Sequence record: MW650886.1
Strand: one strand, 5' to 3'
Length of the DNA: 64,000 nucleotides
DNA from: Escherichia phage vB_EcoM-ZQ1
Position numbers and translations under genes: made by a program. The notes under the pieces were generated by a model that saw only the letters and a list, made by a program, of their open reading frames with translations, ran no database searches and was not told where the DNA came from. Each line of letters starts with the position of its first letter. Within the stretch, counting starts at the first letter, position 1. Shown piece by piece: positions 54,137-62,151 of the stretch.

Positions 54137-55191
54137 CGCACTTTCCTCAGTTCAGCGAATTGTAATGATGCGGCCATACCTTGGTAAACGTTCTTGGCGA
54201 TCAGCTTCAGGAGGTCTTGTATGGACATGTTGCCCTTTGATGGCATGACCATGTCGTTGATATCCTTCCAAGGAACGTCTGGTGGGAACAGTACAACCTT
54301 GACACCTTTATCTATCATCTTCTGAATACCGTCACACACCTGCGGGTTCCGGTACTGATTATCAGGGATATAAATGTCACCCTTCACGCTCAGTAGATCA
54401 GCGTCGGCCGATGCAAGACAGTTGGGTAGGAACAGGCTGTCAATCGGACCTTCCACAACCAGCTTGGTCTTGTGAATGTTCACCCGGTCTTCACCATACA
54501 CCTTAGTGTCTTCATCCTTGGGCTTGACTGTTGCGTAGCGTAGTGCCGCATTCTTGTCGAATGCACGCCCCTGAACGATCTTCATGCGACCATCCTGAGT
54601 CCAGAACGGAATCACCAGCCGCTCGTCATCGGGGATCTTCAGCTGCTTCTCAGGGTTCGTTTCGAACTGGAGTAGATCCTGGCGGAAGTGTTGTGTGTAA
54701 TACAGGAGGGACAAAGTGCTCTCCGGCAGTCCACGCCACTGTACGTACTGTCGAGCCTTATGGTCAGGCGGTAGCAGATCAAGCCGTAGCATATTGCCGA
54801 GGAGGCTCTCGTCGCGTTTCGCCGCCACTGAGCCAATACGGGCGGTCTGTGTCAGCTTTGGCAGCGGCTTCAGGGAAGGAAGTGGTCTGCCCGACGTATC
54901 ACCCAGCAGACGGAACTTCTCCATGTTGTACTCTGTTGAGAGGCGTTCGTCGAACTTCTTCAGCCAGAACTCAAATGACCAGCCATTCATGTTATGGCAA
55001 TTGTGACATTTAAACCGGAAGCAGTCATTATCTCGATCGAAGAAAAAATAACCTCGTCGCTTATTAGCACTTTTGAGAGAATCTCCACACAGGGGACAAC
55101 GGAAGTTTGCGACAGCACCAACGCGCTCCCACTTGAATTTATCGAGTCTGGGAGCAACGTAATTTATGAATTGTTCATCAAGAAATTTCAT
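54133..55191 (-). CDS. DNA primase (T4 gp61-like)
   Basis: N-terminal zinc ribbon FRCPLCGDS ... FKCHNCHN matching the T4 gp61 pattern, then a Toprim-like region. Confidence 0.8.
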   Translation of the reverse strand: MKFLDEQFINYVAPRLDKFKWERVGAVANFRCPLCGDSLKSANKRRGYFFFDRDNDCFRFKCHNCHNMNGWSFEFWLKKFDERLSTEYNMEKFRLLGDTSGRPLPSLKPLPKLTQTARIGSVAAKRDESLLGNMLRLDLLPPDHKARQYVQWRGLPESTLSLLYYTQHFRQDLLQFETNPEKQLKIPDDERLVIPFWTQDGRMKIVQGRAFDKNAALRYATVKPKDEDTKVYGEDRVNIHKTKLVVEGPIDSLFLPNCLASADADLLSVKGDIYIPDNQYRNPQVCDGIQKMIDKGVKVVLFPPDVPWKDINDMVMPSKGNMSIQDLLKLIAKNVYQGMAASLQFAELRKVR

Positions 55192-55367
55192 TAGATCTTC
55201 TGCCTCTGGAACACTTCGGTCACAGTATAGTCTACATCACGACTTTGAGCTATACACAGTGCTCGACAAGCCCTCTATACAAAATATTTGTTTACCAGCC
55301 GTGTTGTGTTCGAAGTGGGCGAAGCTGTCCAAGAGATTCATGTAGCTGCGCATGTGACGGGGTAAAG

Positions 55368-55411
55368 ATTTTGCTCATTGTCCTTTCCTTTCGGTGGATA
55401 ATGAGCAAAAT
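55368..55411. repeat. perfect 12-bp inverted repeat (attttgctcatt / aatgagcaaaat) with 20-nt spacer
   Basis: read directly in the 244-bp intergenic region upstream of the primase gene. Confidence 0.6.
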
Positions 55412-55435
55412 TATATGCCTTTATTTTGTATTGAC

Positions 55436-55787
55436 TTACGACAGCTGCTTCAGTTTGTAGATCGTCTGATAGCACAGCGTCTTGATTTCATCAAGTGTGT
55501 TCTGAAGGTGGGAGTCACACTGCTTGTAGATGCCATCTACGTCTATCACCACACTGTTAATATAGGAGATAGGGTCTGGGTTGTACAATTTGATATTCTC
55601 GAATGATGGAACATACTGGCCACCCGCACCGATGTATGCTTCGGTAAACGTGTCCAGCAAGTCCTCTAGATCCCCGTAGAACTCCCCGAGTGCCTTGTGC
55701 TTGGCATAGGACGTTGTAACGAAGTGTAAGGCATGAGAGTGGGCTATAGCAAGCAGTCCACGGTTGATGAAAATACTCGCATTGACC
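55436..55787 (-). CDS. hypothetical protein (possible four-helix ferritin/Dps-like fold; weak)
   Basis: ATG at 55787 with GAGGA RBS; ORF-track start at 55843 lies inside a terminator hairpin. Confidence 0.4.
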
Positions 55788-55799
55788 ATGATGTTGTCC

Positions 55800-55832
55800 T
55801 CAGAAAAAGAAATCCCCCTGTATTTAAGGGGG
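55800..55832 (-). terminator. rho-independent terminator on the minus strand (atccccc-loop-gggggat then TTCTTTTTCT)
   Basis: read directly, downstream of the stop at 55875. Confidence 0.55.
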
Positions 55833-55874
55833 ATTGTAATCACTGCTTGACAAGAACCATCTTGATGGTTTCAC

Positions 55875-56180
55875 TTAGTCTTTGTCGGCAGACTTGCCAA
55901 AGAAGAATTCGAAACCGTCATGGACAGCAACGACTTCCTGACCTTGGGAGATACCGTGAGTCTGGTCTGGGGTCAGCTTCACCTTGATGGTGTTGCCATC
56001 GGTTAACTCCAGGTTGTAGACATCCGCCTGATTGTCAGGAGTGATCTGGGTCACGGTAGCGCCGGAACACCACTGAGTGCCATCAGCTTGTTTGGTGATG
56101 GATACGGTCTTACCCTGGACACCAGCATGGGTCTGAGGTTTAGCGGCTTGTTCTTTAAAATATTCGATAAACGGTTTCAT
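55875..56180 (-). CDS. late-promoter-driven small protein (virion component candidate)
   Basis: 101 aa; exact TATAAATA about 24 nt upstream, GGAG RBS, own terminator downstream. Confidence 0.45.
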   Translation of the reverse strand: MKPFIEYFKEQAAKPQTHAGVQGKTVSITKQADGTQWCSGATVTQITPDNQADVYNLELTDGNTIKVKLTPDQTHGISQGQEVVAVHDGFEFFFGKSADKD

Positions 56181-56204
56181 CTTAATCTCCTCGGGGATTT
56201 AAGT

Positions 56205-56212
56205 TATTTATA
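56205..56212 (-). promoter_or_regulatory. T4 late-promoter box TATAAATA (minus strand)
   Basis: exact match on the reverse complement, immediately after the upstream terminator hairpin. Confidence 0.5.
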
Positions 56213-56229
56213 AGCCCCCGAAGGGGCTT
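56212..56229 (-). terminator. hairpin terminator after the 1096-aa gene (agcccc-TTCG-ggggct on the minus transcript)
   Basis: stem and UUCG loop read directly 8 nt after the stop at 56237; weak U-tract. Confidence 0.45.
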
Positions 56230-56236
56230 TTGATGA

Positions 56237-59200
56237 TCAGATCTTAATCTGCATGTTGCCACCCAGGGACTGCTCGTACTCGCTGTATGCGCCTTCCCCG
56301 TAGTCTCGTGCCCACTGGTCAGACTGCTGGGCGCTATCCAGAGTCATCAGGTTTGGTTCAGTCGGGTTGTAACCCTTGGACTTCGCATCCCGGTACAGAG
56401 TCTGCAGGTACTGGTTGGCGCGGTCAATCTGAGCTTTGAACTCGCGATATGCCCCTTCAGTTGTGTTGCGGCGGAAGGTGATATCCCAGTCCACGTTCAG
56501 AGTCTGACCATCACGGCTTGCATAGATCTGCCAATCCAGGTCGCGGCCTTTTGGTGCGTTGTCGCGGATGGAGTCGGCGTATGCCGCAAGGTCGTCCTTC
56601 GGATTGTGCGACGTGCTTTTCAGAAGTAGTGCATGACCCATACCACCGTTTGGCTCAAGAGACCATTTTCCTGTTTCTCTTCCCAGGCGTTCTATGTTGT
56701 TGAGTTGGTTTATCGACAATTCAGAAGAGTCAAATAATACCACATCACGTTTTTTGGGGGTTCTCACATAAGGGGTGAGATCAATGTCGATCATCCGGTT
56801 TATAAATTCTACCACTTCAGCTTGTTTCTTTGGCAATGTGGTATTGATATCCGGCTTGTTTGCCACTTTCTCTAGGCGTTTATTTTCTGCGCTTATCATG
56901 GACAGCATAATTTGTGTAACTTTGCCGTCAGACAAGTTGTAATCATTCCAAATCACTTCACCTTTATCCGTGATGGTTATATCGTTCAAGAACACCTGGT
57001 TTGGGTTGTATGACTGACTTTTCAACTGTTGGAGGTTTCTGGAAAGATATACCATTTTTGATGAAATCTCATCAATCACACTCTGGACCATATCTTTGTT
57101 TAAAGGAAGTTCATATGTCTTCGGATTGTTCAGGGTACGCCCTTTCTGAGAGACAATTGGGGTGAATGCAACTTTACCTTTGTCGTAGTAATAGGTCACG
57201 TTGGTTATCATAGAAGTACCGGCGTATTTTCCCGTTTCGGGGAAATTGACATCCCACCGAATGGACATGCCGTTGACAGTCTCACCAAACACCATGGCGT
57301 TGCTTGGTATCTTCAGGGTTCCAGAGTTGACCAGATCAGCGCCTTGGGCATTCAGGTCGATAGAACCATAGATAGCCCCGGTAATACGATCTTTCAACAT
57401 CAGGGTCTTGTCGCCCTTCTCTGGGATGATTTCCAGCGGGTGCTTGCCACGCGGAGGTTCTTTGATGAGTTCCAGTAGAGCAGTTTTCCCTGGTTTCACA
57501 CGATTCAGGACAGCGTCGGACACTGTCAGAGTCCAGTTTGCGGTTTCCACATAACCCCAGCCCCGAGAACGGCGAATGGCTTTGATAGGATATGGAGCGC
57601 TTGTTGGCACTGCGCTAATTTCCCATTTGCCAGTGTACTGGGTCTTGGCAACCTCAAAGATGGACGCAATTACTGCATTGGCGACGTCACGGGCGCTACC
57701 TTTGGCCACGTTCTCCTCTTCAGCAATTTCGCTGAAAACTGAGTATTGAACGAAACCAGCGAGGACGTTTGTGAAGTTGACAACGATAACCAACCCGCCT
57801 GCTGTCGTGTAACGACCAGCGCCCACACGACGGATGTTTTCACCAGGAAGAATAGAAGTGTCCAACCCAACGTTGGTATCAATGATACCCAGAACACGAG
57901 CGATGAAACCACTGTCACGTAATTGATCAACACTGGTTGCACCCTCGGTCGAATCCGATGCGGATTTAGACACTTTGTTCAACTTGATAGAGACAAGGGT
58001 TTCCCCGTTGACACCGATGATATCCCATTCAGTACCCTGCTCGTTCGAGGTGCGGGCAATCTTGCGCTTTGAATTGATGGCACCTTCGTAACGCCCGTTC
58101 TTGACCACAACAGAGGCAGTAGCAGCATCAGTCGCACTTGCTGCATTTGAAAAGTCTGGGTCAGAAATACTGATGTCGACGTCACCGTTTTGAGAACGCA
58201 TGCGAACACCGTTTTTGAATCGTTCAACGTTTACTTCTCGAGCACCAAGTCGTTTGGCATCAATAACAGCAGTTCCAGAACCGATAATGTTGGCTGGGTT
58301 ATTTCTGTCTGAACTGTTTTGAGAACCTTTCCAAAATTTTGTAGACGCCATGGTGAAATCATTCAGGATATTGATAGGGACTTGCGGTAATTTCAACTGA
58401 CGAGCAATGAAATCAGCACTTTGCCCACGCACAGGTTTCTCATTCATGTATGCGCCAACATACACGCCCGGCTCATTGTAGTGGGGAGCGATATTTGCCG
58501 TGTTCGTGCGGCCTCTCTCCTTACCAGCCCATAACAACATGGGCTGATCCCCGTTTGAAGTTAATTTCCATCCGTTGCCATTGCTGGTGTCATTGCTGGT
58601 GTCATTGCTGGTGTCAACGTCCACCACCAGAATTATCTGAGCACCTTTCTTGAAAGTGTACTGATCGTACATACCTTTCTTCTGTTTGGTCATGGACGCA
58701 CCGACCAAGTCTTGGTTGGTGAAGCCGCGCTTCATATTCCAAGATACCTCAGTCCCGTCTGGATATTTGTCAAAATCATAACCATAGAATGTGGCTACTT
58801 CTTTCGAACCGCTTATCAGACGGACGTAATTTCCACGAATCGGGTCTCGCCCGCTCTTCAACTCCAGACCAGTGTCCGAGCTGTTGTACCACTCGCGGTT
58901 GACTTCTATTTCAGAAGAACCAGCCCCAACTCCCACATCCGGAGTATTGTTCTGAACCGGAACGTCACCGACTTTGTCTGGATCATCCCAGGTGATACCC
59001 TGCATCTTCGGACCGTCGAATACCTGAGCCGGATCTTTACCCTTACGAACTAGCCACACATAACCACGGTCAGGAACAGGCGCGTAGGTCAGGTCCATGA
59101 CGTTCAGTTTCTGCTTCAGGCCGGACTGGCGGATGATCTTAGGAATCAGGGTCATACCGCGATCCAGCGCTTTCTTAGAGAAGTTGACAGCAAAGCCATC

Positions 59201-59527
59201 GATGGTCTTACCCAGAGGGGTCGCCATGAATTGTTTGGTCGCTTCGATCATGGAAGCGATAACGCGCATTGGGTTCTTGAAGCGAGCGATGGCGTCAGGA
59301 TAGACGGAGCCGCGCTTCTGGCCGATGAAAACCTGACGAACGCTCTTGCCCAGCCCCTGAGGAGTATAGAACTGAATGCGGTATTCCTTATCATCTTCGT
59401 CGACGAAGGTAAAGAACACATCGCCTGCGTTCTTCTTACCCATGGTCAGCTCATACGGAGCGGAGTTGAACGCTTCGTCTAACTGATCTCTTTCCTGCAT
59501 GAACTGGAGGAAACTTAGCTTTGACAT
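56237..59527 (-). CDS. large hypothetical protein (1096 aa), possibly virion-associated
   Basis: long uninterrupted ORF with AGGAGAT RBS; contains in-frame (TSND)n repeat; no catalytic motif recognised. Confidence 0.6.
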   Translation of the reverse strand: MSKLSFLQFMQERDQLDEAFNSAPYELTMGKKNAGDVFFTFVDEDDKEYRIQFYTPQGLGKSVRQVFIGQKRGSVYPDAIARFKNPMRVIASMIEATKQFMATPLGKTIDGFAVNFSKKALDRGMTLIPKIIRQSGLKQKLNVMDLTYAPVPDRGYVWLVRKGKDPAQVFDGPKMQGITWDDPDKVGDVPVQNNTPDVGVGAGSSEIEVNREWYNSSDTGLELKSGRDPIRGNYVRLISGSKEVATFYGYDFDKYPDGTEVSWNMKRGFTNQDLVGASMTKQKKGMYDQYTFKKGAQIILVVDVDTSNDTSNDTSNGNGWKLTSNGDQPMLLWAGKERGRTNTANIAPHYNEPGVYVGAYMNEKPVRGQSADFIARQLKLPQVPINILNDFTMASTKFWKGSQNSSDRNNPANIIGSGTAVIDAKRLGAREVNVERFKNGVRMRSQNGDVDISISDPDFSNAASATDAATASVVVKNGRYEGAINSKRKIARTSNEQGTEWDIIGVNGETLVSIKLNKVSKSASDSTEGATSVDQLRDSGFIARVLGIIDTNVGLDTSILPGENIRRVGAGRYTTAGGLVIVVNFTNVLAGFVQYSVFSEIAEEENVAKGSARDVANAVIASIFEVAKTQYTGKWEISAVPTSAPYPIKAIRRSRGWGYVETANWTLTVSDAVLNRVKPGKTALLELIKEPPRGKHPLEIIPEKGDKTLMLKDRITGAIYGSIDLNAQGADLVNSGTLKIPSNAMVFGETVNGMSIRWDVNFPETGKYAGTSMITNVTYYYDKGKVAFTPIVSQKGRTLNNPKTYELPLNKDMVQSVIDEISSKMVYLSRNLQQLKSQSYNPNQVFLNDITITDKGEVIWNDYNLSDGKVTQIMLSMISAENKRLEKVANKPDINTTLPKKQAEVVEFINRMIDIDLTPYVRTPKKRDVVLFDSSELSINQLNNIERLGRETGKWSLEPNGGMGHALLLKSTSHNPKDDLAAYADSIRDNAPKGRDLDWQIYASRDGQTLNVDWDITFRRNTTEGAYREFKAQIDRANQYLQTLYRDAKSKGYNPTEPNLMTLDSAQQSDQWARDYGEGAYSEYEQSLGGNMQIKI
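58579..58614. repeat. 12-bp tandem repeat, three perfect copies (cattgctggtgt), in frame inside the 1096-aa ORF, encoding (TSND)3
   Basis: copies at 58579-58590, 58591-58602, 58603-58614 with partial copies flanking. Confidence 0.8.
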
Positions 59528-59602
59528 TTTATATCTCCTGATTGAATTAATGGCGGTTTCTTCTAATTAGCGAAACCAAAAGGGAGCGTCAGCCCCCTTA
59601 TC

Positions 59603-59959
59603 TTATTTTTGAACTTGGGCTACAGACATCGCCCAGAGCGGGAGGGTGTGGGGGTCCAGGGCTTCCAGTAGATATTCGACGCGCTCTGACATGATACCTT
59701 CAGGGAAGTTTACTTCTTCTGGTTCGTTGTTGGCCGTCCAACCCAATGTCAGTCCTTCAGCGTGATGGATGATATAAACGAAGTCGTCTGGTTCGTAGTC
59801 CTTTTCCATCAGGGCGAAGAAATCTTCCATTTCTTCGTCGGAGAAGTAGTAGATGCGAGGTACAGAGCCGTCAGCAAAGTGCTCAGCACCCTGGAAGGCA
59901 AACATGTCATCGGCGGTGAAGTTCTTGAGTTGTGTCATGATATAGTTCCTGCTTTTCAA
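59603..59959 (-). CDS. hypothetical acidic protein
   Basis: 118-aa ORF; alternative start at 59938. Confidence 0.4.
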   Translation of the reverse strand: MKSRNYIMTQLKNFTADDMFAFQGAEHFADGSVPRIYYFSDEEMEDFFALMEKDYEPDDFVYIIHHAEGLTLGWTANNEPEEVNFPEGIMSERVEYLLEALDPHTLPLWAMSVAQVQK

Positions 59960-60014
59960 GTTGGTGTCGTACTGCTTATGGAATGAAGTATAGGAAAGGA
60001 TATTGAAGAAGTAA

Positions 60015-60033
60015 AGGGGCGAAAGCCCCTTTT
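60015..60033 (-). terminator. hairpin terminator (aggggc-GAAA-gcccct), GNRA-type loop, T-rich on the plus side
   Basis: read directly, just downstream of the stop at 60045. Confidence 0.5.
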
Positions 60034-60044
60034 ATTGAATTATT

Positions 60045-60683
60045 TTACGGCGTCGGATTCACAACCGGAATGTGGGATCGAATACCTGCGATGATGTCCT
60101 TCAGCCGAGGATTCCATCCACCCACCAAACGGGGGAGAGCGATAGCGCCAGGCTGGACCAAAATGATGTCGCTGCCTGTGATATTGTGCTGAGGGAACTG
60201 AGCAAGGTACTGCTCCATGGCGACACCCTCATCAATCAGAACAGGACCGACATCAGATGACGCGTAGGTTGCACCCAGACCGTCAACGCCCCATGCCAAG
60301 ATACCCCAGTCAGGGATGTTGGCTTCAGATGTGATGGTGAATCCAAACACGGTGTTCAGCGAAGTAAAGGAATAGACATCGTGGGTGATGTCATACACCA
60401 GATACCCCTTGGCCAGCATATCGGCAAAGATCGCGTCCGTATCGCCAACAGCCGGAGTCGGCACAGTAAACAACAGCTCGCCATCAGGAGGAGCAGGATA
60501 CGTGCCGAGGGCATAGAGGCACCATGCATCAATGCACTTCTTAATGAACGCCTCTGGCGCGACATAATCAGCAAGGCGAACCGTACCTGAGTACTCTGAT
60601 ACGATAATGCCTTCCTTCGCACCCTGTAGAGCAATGAAGACCAAGATATGTTCATATCCGGCCTGAGATGGAGTGATGTTCAT
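60045..60683 (-). CDS. hypothetical protein
   Basis: start set at ATG 60683 (MNITPSQ...), TGATG-coupled to the upstream gene stop; ORF-track start 60779 overlaps the upstream CDS. Confidence 0.4.
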   Translation of the reverse strand: MNITPSQAGYEHILVFIALQGAKEGIIVSEYSGTVRLADYVAPEAFIKKCIDAWCLYALGTYPAPPDGELLFTVPTPAVGDTDAIFADMLAKGYLVYDITHDVYSFTSLNTVFGFTITSEANIPDWGILAWGVDGLGATYASSDVGPVLIDEGVAMEQYLAQFPQHNITGSDIILVQPGAIALPRLVGGWNPRLKDIIAGIRSHIPVVNPTP

Positions 60684-61297
60684 TATCTTGTCCTCTTCAG
60701 TTTCTCTATTGTGTGCTTGTTCATGGCGATCACCTGAGGATCTACCTCGGAGATGGTCCGGCCTTCGAAAGACACACATTTCTGAAGATATTTAGCTTTC
60801 TTCACGACGTCGGCAGCATAAGCGTTCGATGCAGGATTACGGGCGAAGCCAGCATTGTAAGAGGAGAGGGATTTGCGGATATTCTGATTGTGATAGGTCA
60901 GCCAGAACTGCATCTCATCGAGGGCGGCTTGCGCGGCATATTCTTGGTCGGTCAGCAACTTTATGGCGACATTGGCATAGCACTTGCGATTCTTACAACC
61001 TTCGCGATCACCAACTGTCTTCACCTTGTTCTGAAAGGCTCCCATGTTGGCCGCCTTGAGACCGTATCGCATTGACACTACATCTTCACCAGCGCGGCTC
61101 TCTCGCCAAGATATGGCGGCCAGAGTGTAGCCAAGATCTTGTGTCTTGCCTACGTGATAGGCGGTTGCCATCGTATTAAGTTGTTGCTCGGAGAAATTAT
61201 AAACACATTGACTTGTATTTTGGGAAGCGTGCACATTCCCGCTGGCAATGGTAAAGGTCACGGACAAGGCCATGGCCTTCAACGTTGTCATCGTCAT
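60683..61297 (-). CDS. soluble lytic transglycosylase (SLT-domain) with N-terminal signal peptide
   Basis: N-terminal signal-like MTMTTLKAMALSVTFTIASGNVHAS; SLT motifs ISWRESRAGED (E-S) and SSYNAGFA (Y-N-x-G). Confidence 0.55.
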   Translation of the reverse strand: MTMTTLKAMALSVTFTIASGNVHASQNTSQCVYNFSEQQLNTMATAYHVGKTQDLGYTLAAISWRESRAGEDVVSMRYGLKAANMGAFQNKVKTVGDREGCKNRKCYANVAIKLLTDQEYAAQAALDEMQFWLTYHNQNIRKSLSSYNAGFARNPASNAYAADVVKKAKYLQKCVSFEGRTISEVDPQVIAMNKHTIEKLKRTR

Positions 61298-61349
61298 GAT
61301 GGCGTTCCTTATGTTTGTCGACTTGCAGCTCGATTGAGCCTCCTGACAG

Positions 61350-61386
61350 GGGTTAAAAGATAAAGGGCACGTGATATTTAGTGCCC
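61350..61386 (-). terminator. rho-independent terminator on the minus strand (gggcac stem then TTTATCTTTTAAC)
   Basis: read directly, downstream of the stop at 61394. Confidence 0.5.
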
Positions 61387-61393
61387 TTCAGCC

Positions 61394-61678
61394 TCATTCG
61401 TAGATGAGGTGGTAGGATTCCTCGATACACTCCAGCCAGCCATAGACGAACTGTAGAGGGTCATCCCATGCCGTCTTGGTCGCGACGGTAAAGTTGCCGT
61501 CCAGGATCTGCATATCTTGGTACTTGTTGAAAGCGAGTACAGCATCAACCACAATCAGGCCGCCCTGCTCAAGATAACGATTCGGAGTGACGGCCACTTG
61601 GTAACGAGGATTCCTGTGATTCCATATCTCCACAGCAATGTCACAGGAATCCTGAATTTCATCTTTGGTTTCTGACAT
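61394..61678 (-). CDS. hypothetical protein
   Basis: 94-aa ORF. Confidence 0.4.
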   Translation of the reverse strand: MSETKDEIQDSCDIAVEIWNHRNPRYQVAVTPNRYLEQGGLIVVDAVLAFNKYQDMQILDGNFTVATKTAWDDPLQFVYGWLECIEESYHLIYE

Positions 61679-61988
61679 ACGTTTGTCTCAGGTGTTCAGT
61701 AAAGGATTTACCCAGCTTGCGGAATAGTTTAATACGACCAATGACTTTGACGTAAACATCTCCGTGGCAGGGGCGTGGCTTACACCAGCACCCCAATACC
61801 TTCCCGTCAAGCTCAAGGAGTTCATCCTCGGTGATATCCCCTTCAATCAGGCGCACATACAGGTCTTCTTCAAACAGTTCGATACAGACGCCTCGTCCAT
61901 GGTCTTTGACCTCAAATGGGTTCCCCCATTTACCAGGCCGACCAATGTAGACGTCATATGGCTCCTTCTTGAAGTGGACGACTTTCAT
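61659..61988 (-). CDS. conserved hypothetical protein (GRPGKWGNPF motif)
   Basis: 109-aa ORF; ATGA-coupled to the upstream micro-ORF. Confidence 0.4.
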   Translation of the reverse strand: MKVVHFKKEPYDVYIGRPGKWGNPFEVKDHGRGVCIELFEEDLYVRLIEGDITEDELLELDGKVLGCWCKPRPCHGDVYVKVIGRIKLFRKLGKSFTEHLRQTYVRNQR

Positions 61989-62149
61989 TTCAGGATTTGA
62001 CCTGCAAGTAGATAACAGAACCAGACAGAGAACCCGAGATACCCCAGTGCTTTCAGGTAGTTTTTCCTTTCGACTTCACGAGAAAATGCAATGATGTCAA
62101 TGATGCATGCAAAGACCAGGATTGCGAGTTTAATTTGTTCGTAGTTCAT
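61985..62149 (-). CDS. micro-ORF encoding a 54-aa two-TM membrane peptide (absent from the ORF track)
   Basis: hand-translated MNYEQIKLAILVFACIIDIIAFSREVERKNYLKALGYLGFSVWFCYLLAGQILK; starts 2 nt after the gp46-like stop, ends in ATGA overlap. Confidence 0.3.
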   Translation of the reverse strand: MNYEQIKLAILVFACIIDIIAFSREVERKNYLKALGYLGFSVWFCYLLAGQILK

Positions 62150-62151
62150 GA

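Noticed and set aside
59528-59602. Possible hairpin in the leader of the 1096-aa gene
   Set aside because: Only an imperfect 6-bp stem with a 12-nt loop; not convincing as a structured element
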